From contig WFXO01000029.1 in the NCBI GenBank assembly GCA_015490555.1, positions 2,024-66,023 on the forward strand: a DNA stretch of 64,000 bases, given 5' to 3'. Positions 53,122-60,581 of this stretch are shown here, piece by piece (within the stretch, counting starts at the first letter, position 1; the number at the start of each line of letters is the position of its first letter). The stretch comes from a candidate division WOR-3 bacterium. Lineage in GTDB: Bacteria > Hydrothermota > Hydrothermia > WGAB01. The notes beneath the pieces were generated by a model that was not told the DNA's origin, did no database searches, and saw nothing but the letters and a program-made list of their open reading frames with translations. Both the position numbers and the translations under genes were made by a program.

Positions 53122-54294
53122 CTAAGGTTCTGTGCCGGTCTCCTCCAACTCGCGGAGTTGATCCTTCCGGGCCAGATCGTCAAAGTATTGCCAGGTATCC
53201 CCTTCGACCCCACCCGTAACACCTTGGACTTTGAGGCGAAGGATATCCGGCTGCGTGGAATAGGCGTACAGGGTCTCTTCGTCAATCAAACCGCGACGCC
53301 AAAGGTAATACAAACTTTGGTCAAAGGTCTGCATGCCATAGGGGACATAACTTTCTGCAATGACGGTTGTCAGTTCGCCAACGCGGCCCGGCTCCAGAAT
53401 AAGGTCACGGACCCGGGCATTGTTGACCATAATCTCTACAGCCGGGACCCGGCCCTGGCCATCTTTCCGTGGGACCAGTCGCTGGGAGATCGTGGCCTTG
53501 AGAACCATCGCCAACTGGACCCGAATCTGATGCTGCTGGCTGGCAGGAAAAACACTCACAATTCGGTTGATGGTCTCCTTTGCATCCATGGTATGGAGGG
53601 TCGAGATCACAAGGTGTCCGGTCTCCGCGGCAATTAAGGCCGTTTCGATGGTCTCACGGTCCCGCATCTCTCCGATCATAATGACATTGGGGTCCTGCCG
53701 TAGGGCCTCACGGAGGCCAGCATAAAAGGAGGTCGTATCAAAGCCGACTTCCCGTTGCGAGATCAAGGCCCGGTCCTCGGGGATCACATATTCAATGGGG
53801 TCCTCAATGGTGATGATATTCACAGCCTTCCGGTGATTAATGTGGTCGATCATGGCCGCCAAAGTCGTCGATTTCCCGGTCCCGGCAACTCCGGTCACTA
53901 AGATCAAGCCGTGATCTTCCATTGCAAGTTCTTCGACCTTTCTGGGGAGATTCAGTTCACGGATGGTCTTCACCGTGATCGGAATCACACGCACCGCCAT
54001 AGCTAAATGCCCCATCTGATAGTAGGCATTGATTCGGAAGCGGGCCAAGCCTTCTATGGAAACAGCAAAATCGTAAACACGATGTTGCTCTAAGGCATCC
54101 CTGGATCTCCCTTCCAGGAGAACTTGGAGCGCGCGATCCAGGTCATCGTCTGTGAGGACCTCATACTCTGGAGCCGGCTGCAGTATCCCATCTATCCGCA
54201 AATAGGGGGGACGACCGGGTTTGAGATGGATATCAGAAGCTCGCTTGGAGACCGCCTCCCGAAAAAGTGTGAGGATCTCTAAAGGCTTTGCCAT
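53122..54294 (-). CDS. pilT: Type IV pilus retraction ATPase PilT/PilU family
   Basis: 390 aa. Walker A GVAGTGKSTT. Asp-box/His-box of secretion ATPases. The AIRE-like motif is present as EIMV. N-terminal SDIHL...PPYLRIDG. Confidence 0.85.
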   Translation of the reverse strand: MAKPLEILTLFREAVSKRASDIHLKPGRPPYLRIDGILQPAPEYEVLTDDDLDRALQVLLEGRSRDALEQHRVYDFAVSIEGLARFRINAYYQMGHLAMAVRVIPITVKTIRELNLPRKVEELAMEDHGLILVTGVAGTGKSTTLAAMIDHINHRKAVNIITIEDPIEYVIPEDRALISQREVGFDTTSFYAGLREALRQDPNVIMIGEMRDRETIETALIAAETGHLVISTLHTMDAKETINRIVSVFPASQQHQIRVQLAMVLKATISQRLVPRKDGQGRVPAVEIMVNNARVRDLILEPGRVGELTTVIAESYVPYGMQTFDQSLYYLWRRGLIDEETLYAYSTQPDILRLKVQGVTGGVEGDTWQYFDDLARKDQLRELEETGTEP

Positions 54295-54301
54295 GTTCGT
54301 A

Positions 54302-55048
54302 TTATAAACCGGATGCCTTGTCTTCCGACGGATAAAAGACTTCCTCCAGGGTTAAGCCCTGAGGAGGGGCGATCACGAGCCGTCTCAGAGGTTCCCCTCG
54401 TAACGCACGTTTCAGTTCCTCCATGGGGACACGACCGGAAGCAACCGCCACCGCCATCCCCACCAGCGTGCGCACCATTTTGTAAAGAAACCGGTCGGCC
54501 TCGATGACAAAATGATACTCATCCTCGTGTTGTTCCCATCGCACTTCTTGAATCTCGACCTCTGGATTTTCCACGGGACCTACAGAAAGGTACCGAAAGT
54601 TTTTGGTGTGTTGATACCGTTTGGCGATCTCTTGTAACACCTGAAAATCGAGTTCAAAGGGATACTCCCAGACAAAACGGCGTCGTAACGGGGAACGACC
54701 CTTGAGGACCCGATAACGATAACGCTTCCCAAGGGCATCGTATCGGGGATGAAAGGTATCCGGAACTTCCTGGACTTCGTGGACCACGACATCGGGCCCG
54801 GTTAAAGCATTGAGGGCATTCCGAATGACGTCCAAGGGACGGGTTTGGGATGTATAGATGGCCGCGACTTGGCCCATCGCATGGACGCCTCGGTCGGTCC
54901 GACTGGCACCGAATAGACGCAAATTGGGGTCCTGAAAAAGAGACCGTGCTGCCTGGAGGAGTTCCCCTTGCACGGTCCGTTGGTGGGGCTGGATTTGCCA
55001 GCCATAAAAGTCTGTACCGTCATACTCGATCAGAAGTTTGTACGCCAT
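54302..55048 (-). CDS. truA: tRNA pseudouridine(38-40) synthase TruA
   Basis: 248 aa. MAYKLLIEYDGTDFYGWQIQ..., RTDRGVHAMGQVA (catalytic Asp) are present. Confidence 0.85.
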   Translation of the reverse strand: MAYKLLIEYDGTDFYGWQIQPHQRTVQGELLQAARSLFQDPNLRLFGASRTDRGVHAMGQVAAIYTSQTRPLDVIRNALNALTGPDVVVHEVQEVPDTFHPRYDALGKRYRYRVLKGRSPLRRRFVWEYPFELDFQVLQEIAKRYQHTKNFRYLSVGPVENPEVEIQEVRWEQHEDEYHFVIEADRFLYKMVRTLVGMAVAVASGRVPMEELKRALRGEPLRRLVIAPPQGLTLEEVFYPSEDKASGL

Positions 55049-55104
55049 ACCTTTGAAACATACAGCAAAACTGCTATCTCTGCATCTTCAAGGGATCGGA
55101 CCAA

Positions 55105-56934
55105 GTGTATAATAACCCTTCGATGGTGTGGGTCTTACTCTTCGCAATCCTGATTGCATGGATTCTCTACCGCTGGAGACCCGTTGGGCTTTTCGTGCTT
55201 CGGGCGGGAACGGTTTTATGGTTGGGGCTCATGATCTTGAATCCTGCATTCCCGCGATGGACCCGTTCCCCTCAGCGCCCGGTCCTTGTGATCGATGCGT
55301 CCAGAAGCATGAAATGGAACGGAAAATGGGATCAAACCCAAAAGATTCTGAAAACCGCACGATCCCTTGGGCTCCCCATTCGTTTTCTTGTGGATTCCAG
55401 TTTGGCGCAAGACGTCGAAGGACCCATTGGCGCGTTTACAGATCTCACGATCCCTTTAAAGAAGATTTCCGGTCCTCTCGTGCTATGGAGCGACGGGCAT
55501 CACAACACGGGCTCGGATTTGATGCTCTGGGCGGACCAAAGAAAAAATCCCGTATTTGTCTTGATCCCCCCGGCCATGCAGCGCTCAGCCGGCACACAGA
55601 TCAAGGAGTGGACGTGGCCTTCGACGCTGGGGGCTTCGGAACAAGCGAAGGTCTTTGTCCGGTGGCAGGGGTCGGCTGCGAAGATCCGGCTGTACGTCGA
55701 CGGGGAACTTGTCCAGGAGGCCGGAGTGACGGGCCAAACACAATGGACAACAACTCTCCCACCCCTACGACCTGGAGGCCATGCCCTCTCCCCTCAACTC
55801 CTCGACGAAGAGGGCACCGTGGTCGATCAACGGAGCGGTGTTCTCCGGGTCCTGCCCCCTGAATTCCGAGTGTTGGTGATCAGTTCCCATCCGTCGCCCG
55901 TTGTGAGCATGCTGCGGCGTGTGTTTTCATCCACGGCAGAGGTCAAGGTGGCTGTGCAAATCCAAGACAACGTCTGGAGGACACTGCAGGAAGATACCGT
56001 CCGCACAGGCCTGCCTCCAATCCAAAGTGATCTTGTGATAGCCGTGGATCCCGATCCAAGGATCTTGAAGAAAATACCGTCGTTGCCGGCTATCTGGATT
56101 GTCGGACGTCAGAGCGCAGGGACCCAATTCCGTGGGGTCGTGGTCGGCAGAAGACCTTGGGGCAATCTGCGGCCCTACCCCCTCGGTGGGACAGAACTCC
56201 CCGCATTCCAAGAGGTCTGGCCCTTGACCTGGACAGATTCCATTCGACTTTATTGGCAGGCCCAGGGGGCCACCGGCCAGCCTCGAACCCCTGTCCCCCT
56301 GATGGTCTCGGTTCCAGAAAAAGCGTTGGTAGTGGTTTCGTCTTCAGAAATCTGGAAAGCCCGATTGGTCGTTCCAGAAGCCTTTGACTCTCTTTGGACC
56401 GAGGTTGTCGACGACCTCATGCAAAAACGGGCCATCTTCTCCGTTTTCGCACTCAAACCCCGGGTCCTGGAATCGGAGCCTCTTCAGATCCAGGCAGAAT
56501 ACCGGGATTACCGCGGCAGACGAATCCCTGGAGCCTGGGTCAACGTCCAGACGCCCCAACAAGTCTTGCCCTTGTTGGAAGTCGCAGAGGGGGAGTTCCT
56601 TTCCCCAGAATTTTATCTCCCCCAAGGGACCTACACCCTTAAAGTCACCTACGGAAAGGATCAACAAACCCTCGGGACCGACAGCGTTCAGGTTCAGGTC
56701 GCACGGGGAGATGTCGAACAATGGGGACGGGATGTTGACTCCCTCACCCTCAAGGAATTGGCACGCCGGACCGGTGGACAGGTCTTGAGGACCTTGAAAG
56801 ACATCCAAGGACTCCGAATCGCGCCTGTTGAAGGTCCCCCTGTCCGTCCATTCCGCCGCCCCTGGGCCCTCTTCCCATTGGTGGTATTGCTTTCTATTGA
56901 GTGGCTGTGGCGTCAACGAAGAGGTTGGCTATGA
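55105..56934 (+). CDS. vWA-domain membrane protein (BatA-like N-terminus), function unknown
   Basis: 609 aa. N-terminal TM helix, then VLVIDASRSM (DxSxS MIDAS motif). Long beta-rich middle region. C-terminal TM anchor WALFPLVVLLSIEWLW. Confidence 0.5.
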   Translation: MYNNPSMVWVLLFAILIAWILYRWRPVGLFVLRAGTVLWLGLMILNPAFPRWTRSPQRPVLVIDASRSMKWNGKWDQTQKILKTARSLGLPIRFLVDSSLAQDVEGPIGAFTDLTIPLKKISGPLVLWSDGHHNTGSDLMLWADQRKNPVFVLIPPAMQRSAGTQIKEWTWPSTLGASEQAKVFVRWQGSAAKIRLYVDGELVQEAGVTGQTQWTTTLPPLRPGGHALSPQLLDEEGTVVDQRSGVLRVLPPEFRVLVISSHPSPVVSMLRRVFSSTAEVKVAVQIQDNVWRTLQEDTVRTGLPPIQSDLVIAVDPDPRILKKIPSLPAIWIVGRQSAGTQFRGVVVGRRPWGNLRPYPLGGTELPAFQEVWPLTWTDSIRLYWQAQGATGQPRTPVPLMVSVPEKALVVVSSSEIWKARLVVPEAFDSLWTEVVDDLMQKRAIFSVFALKPRVLESEPLQIQAEYRDYRGRRIPGAWVNVQTPQQVLPLLEVAEGEFLSPEFYLPQGTYTLKVTYGKDQQTLGTDSVQVQVARGDVEQWGRDVDSLTLKELARRTGGQVLRTLKDIQGLRIAPVEGPPVRPFRRPWALFPLVVLLSIEWLWRQRRGWL

Positions 56935-57704
56935 AACAAGAGGGTTCTCGGCTGATCTTGCTGATTGGATACATCGGTGCGGGGAAGTCGACCTATTCTC
57001 AAAAACTCTGGAAAGAGGCACCGGAGACGACTCTTCGAGTCTGTATGGATGAAATCATCCAAATGGCAAGTTTTTACGACTTTCAACCCGCTTTACGGAG
57101 CCTGTACCGGGGGGAAGAAGCCCATATGATTCTTCGAGGGCTGGCGCTTGGGCTGGACGTCATCGTGGACCGCACGAATTTAGAGCGCCGGACCCGGGCG
57201 ACCTATCTCCAAATGGGTCGCAGGCTCCAGGAACTCGCCCGTCGACTTCTCGACACCTTAGACAGCCCAGATCTCTTCGGAAGTCCTCCTTCTCAAGTGG
57301 TACAGCAGCGGATTGTGGAATGGACGCAGGATTTAGAAGACGGCCTTCTGTACCAGCAAGCATTGTTGTATGCCTATCAACAGTACGAGTGGTCCTCCCC
57401 TCCCCTCTTTCCCTCTTCCATTCCACAGACATACCGAGATCTCCTCGTAAAAATTGCACATTTAAAAATTGTAGGCATTCATTTCGATGTTCCGCCAGAC
57501 CTCTGTCTCAAACGACGGTTGGAAGCCGAAGACCGACGTCTTCGCGAGCGGATGCGGCCCATCCATTGGGAAAAGGTATTGCAGGATATGATCCGACGTT
57601 TTGAACCCCCTACGCTGGAGGAAGGGTTTGATGAACTGTGGATTTTAGATGAAAACTTTGAGAAGAAGGCCATTTATACGTCCACATCTGCTTCTCACCG
57701 GTAG
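56931..57704 (+). CDS. P-loop kinase, AAA_33/polynucleotide-kinase-like family
   Basis: ATG at 56931 overlaps the upstream stop (ATGA). Walker A LLIGYIGAGKST. VIVDRTNLERRTR resembles the Dx(T/S)N lid of AAA_33/PNK kinases. Confidence 0.5.
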   Translation: MKQEGSRLILLIGYIGAGKSTYSQKLWKEAPETTLRVCMDEIIQMASFYDFQPALRSLYRGEEAHMILRGLALGLDVIVDRTNLERRTRATYLQMGRRLQELARRLLDTLDSPDLFGSPPSQVVQQRIVEWTQDLEDGLLYQQALLYAYQQYEWSSPPLFPSSIPQTYRDLLVKIAHLKIVGIHFDVPPDLCLKRRLEAEDRRLRERMRPIHWEKVLQDMIRRFEPPTLEEGFDELWILDENFEKKAIYTSTSASHR

Positions 57705-58245
57705 GCCCGGGGTGGGGAAAACCACCCTGATCCACCGGGTTATCCAAGAACTCGGGGCCCAAGCATCTCTTTCTTCTCTCGGGCGTCCCTTAAATGTGGC
57801 CGGATTCTACACCCAAGAAATCCGATCTCATGGGCGCCGGGTTGGGTTTGAGGTGATATGTATCCCGGAGGGGAAACGAGGGATTCTGGCTCGTGTCGAC
57901 GTCCCCACACCCTTTCGAATTGGCAAATATTATGTGGATGTCCCAGGTTTTGAATCCTTGGTCATGCCCCTTTTCCGCCTCCAAAATCTGGATCTCCTGA
58001 TCATTGACGAGATCGGTCCAATGGAACTTCTTTCTTCCCGTTTTCAGCAAGCGGTCCAAGCTGCCCTCGGCCAAACCTCCCCGAAAATTTTGGGGACGAT
58101 CCAGCGAAAGCGGATTTCTCTGTTGACACAGTGGGGCGTCTCTGACCAAGCGACGGTCGTCGAATTGTCTTGGGGAGCCTGGGAGGAGACATTTGAGCAA
58201 GTGATGGCTTGGCTTCAAAGCGGGTTTACAGAATCGGACCAGTGA
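57649..58245 (+). CDS. Nucleoside-triphosphatase THEP1 family (NTPase_1)
   Basis: 198 aa. LLLTGRPGVGKTTLIHRVIQEL and DLLIIDEIGPMEL align with Aquifex THEP1 (IIITGEPGVGKTTLVKKIVERL...IIIDEIGKMEL). Overlaps the upstream kinase gene by 56 nt. Confidence 0.7.
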   Translation: MKTLRRRPFIRPHLLLTGRPGVGKTTLIHRVIQELGAQASLSSLGRPLNVAGFYTQEIRSHGRRVGFEVICIPEGKRGILARVDVPTPFRIGKYYVDVPGFESLVMPLFRLQNLDLLIIDEIGPMELLSSRFQQAVQAALGQTSPKILGTIQRKRISLLTQWGVSDQATVVELSWGAWEETFEQVMAWLQSGFTESDQ

Positions 58246-58256
58246 AGGTAGGGGCA

Positions 58257-59549
58257 TCACCCTAAAAGATCATCGACAGAAAAGAGTTTTCCCGCGACCA
58301 TCGTCCATCGGACCCATCCCCTCAATTTTTCTCCCAGGAGGGGCGTGTTCTTGCTCTTCGAGAGGATCCGACGTTCCTCCAAAACCCACTCGTGTTGGAG
58401 ATCTACGAGGGTCAAGTGGGCAGGATATCCCTCCTCAATTTGTCCCCATTGCGGCTCACCAAGGATTTTCGCGGGTTTCCAGGTCAGGGCATCCAGCAGG
58501 GTCCAAAGGTCTACCTCCCCGGTCAAGACCAGGAAGGTGTAGAGTTGAGCAAACGCCCATTGAATGCCGATCATGCCCGGAGGTGCTTGGAGGAAGTCGG
58601 CCTCTTTTTCAAAATCGGTGTGGGGGGCATGGTCTGTCGCGACCACATCGATGACCCCTTCTTTCAACGCCTCGATCAATGCTCGACGATCCTGTTCTTC
58701 TCGAAGGGGTGGGTTCACCTTATAGCATGTATCAAAGCTTCGAAGCCGTTCGTCAGTAAACGTGAGATGATGAGGAGTCACTTCAGCCGTGACGTGAACC
58801 CCACGTTGCTTTGCCTCTTGAATTAAGCGGGCTGCGGAGTAGGAGGACACATGGGCTACATGGAGATAGCCTCCTGTGAGTTCAGCAAGTGCCAGATCGC
58901 GGAACACCGCGACATCTTCAGAGATGCGGGGTCTCCCTTTCAGACCTAAGACATCCGAAACCTCGCCCTCATGCATCACGCCTCTTGCCAAGGTGGGATC
59001 TTCCGCATGACTCACGATCGGGGCGTGGAGCCACCGGGAGTATTCCAGGGCATGTCGCATCAGAGCCCCATCCGCTACCCAGGCCCCATCATCCGAGAAG
59101 GCCACAGCGCCAGCATCCCGCATTTCCAGGAGTTCGGCCAATTCTTTTCCCACCCGTTCTTTTGTGATCGTACCCACGGGTAGGATCTTGATGAGACGCA
59201 ACTCTTCCTCCCGACTTCGGATATACTCAATTCGGCTACGATCTGACAAGGGAGGACGGGTGTTGGGCATGACACAGACAGCAACGAATCCACCTGCCAA
59301 AGCCGATCGACTTCCCGACTCTAAGTCTTCCTTGTGTTCTTCGCCCGGCTCTCGGAAATGTGCGTGAAGATCGATAAATCCAGGAAAGATCGCCAATCCT
59401 TTTACATTGAGTACCGTTGGGGCTTCCGTGGATGGAATCTGATCCGAGATTTTGACGATTCGCCCTTTATCAATCAGGAGATCATAACGGCCTTCTGTTC
59501 GTTTTTTAGGATCGTAAAGTGTCCCTCCCCGAATCAAGATCCGGCTCAT
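58257..59549 (-). CDS. pyrC: Dihydroorotase
   Basis: 430 aa. PGFIDLHAHFREPG (HxH metal motif) and DHAPH are present. Multimeric class I type. Confidence 0.85.
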   Translation of the reverse strand: MSRILIRGGTLYDPKKRTEGRYDLLIDKGRIVKISDQIPSTEAPTVLNVKGLAIFPGFIDLHAHFREPGEEHKEDLESGSRSALAGGFVAVCVMPNTRPPLSDRSRIEYIRSREEELRLIKILPVGTITKERVGKELAELLEMRDAGAVAFSDDGAWVADGALMRHALEYSRWLHAPIVSHAEDPTLARGVMHEGEVSDVLGLKGRPRISEDVAVFRDLALAELTGGYLHVAHVSSYSAARLIQEAKQRGVHVTAEVTPHHLTFTDERLRSFDTCYKVNPPLREEQDRRALIEALKEGVIDVVATDHAPHTDFEKEADFLQAPPGMIGIQWAFAQLYTFLVLTGEVDLWTLLDALTWKPAKILGEPQWGQIEEGYPAHLTLVDLQHEWVLEERRILSKSKNTPLLGEKLRGWVRWTMVAGKLFSVDDLLG

Positions 59550-60484
59550 GACGATGTCCCTCCTCTGGCCAATAACGCGTAGAGGATGGCCATTCGTATG
59601 GCGACTCCGTTTGTCACCTGTTCTAAGATCACAGTATCTAACAGATCCACCACCTCAGGGTCTAATTCCACGTGCCAATTTACAGGTCCGGGGTGCATCA
59701 AGACAAACTGGCGATTCACTTTTTGAACCCGTTCCTTGGTAATGCCGAAAAATCGACGATATTCCCGGTCAGAGCCAAAGAAGGATTCCCCCAGTCGTTC
59801 TTTTTGAATGCGGAGGGCCATCACGACATCGGCCCATTCCAATGCCTCATCCACAGAATGAGAAATCCGTGCCCCATAGCGTTCAAAACTCTTGGGAACC
59901 AAAGGAGGTGGCCCCACAAGCATCACCTCGGCTCCCATCTTGGTAAAGCCGAAAAGATTCGACCGAGCCACCCTGGAGTGAAGGATGTCTCCCACAATCG
60001 CCAACTTGATTCCCTCGAGAGTCCCGAGTTTTTCTCGGACGGTAAAGAGGTCCAAAAGGGCTTGTGTAGGGTGCTCATGGGGTCCATCCCCCGCATTGAT
60101 TACAGAAGCCTCGGTATGACGGGCCAAGAAATGTGCAGCCCCGGGGGATTCGTGGCGAAGAATGATGACGTCTACCTTCATGGCTTCCATGTTTTTCATC
60201 GTATCCAGGAGCGTTTCTCCTTTCTTCACCGAGGACGTGGCTTTGGCCACACTCACGGTATCTGCAGAAAGCCGTTTGGCGGCCAGTTCGAAGGACATCC
60301 GGGTGCGGGTCGACGGCTCAAAGAAAAGGCTCAGAACGGTTTTCCCTCGAAAAGTAGGAACTTTTCTCTGGGGACGTTCCAGAATCTCTTTGAAGGAGCG
60401 GGCGGTGTCTAAAAAAAATTGAATTTCGTTCGGAGTTAAATCCTCCAATCCCAAGAGATCTTTCCGGTGGTATCCCAGGTCCAT
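59546..60484 (-). CDS. pyrB: Aspartate carbamoyltransferase catalytic subunit
   Basis: 312 aa. FFEPSTRTR (STRTR carbamoyl-phosphate motif) and HPGP are present. ATGA overlap with pyrC. Confidence 0.9.
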   Translation of the reverse strand: MDLGYHRKDLLGLEDLTPNEIQFFLDTARSFKEILERPQRKVPTFRGKTVLSLFFEPSTRTRMSFELAAKRLSADTVSVAKATSSVKKGETLLDTMKNMEAMKVDVIILRHESPGAAHFLARHTEASVINAGDGPHEHPTQALLDLFTVREKLGTLEGIKLAIVGDILHSRVARSNLFGFTKMGAEVMLVGPPPLVPKSFERYGARISHSVDEALEWADVVMALRIQKERLGESFFGSDREYRRFFGITKERVQKVNRQFVLMHPGPVNWHVELDPEVVDLLDTVILEQVTNGVAIRMAILYALLARGGTSS

Positions 60485-60581
60485 TCTGGGATGGAATTAT
60501 ACGGCGGATTTTCTCTCAACAAAACATCCCCACCCCCTCCTGTAAGCCTGGGTAGCGATGAAGACAGGGTTGGACTGGAGG

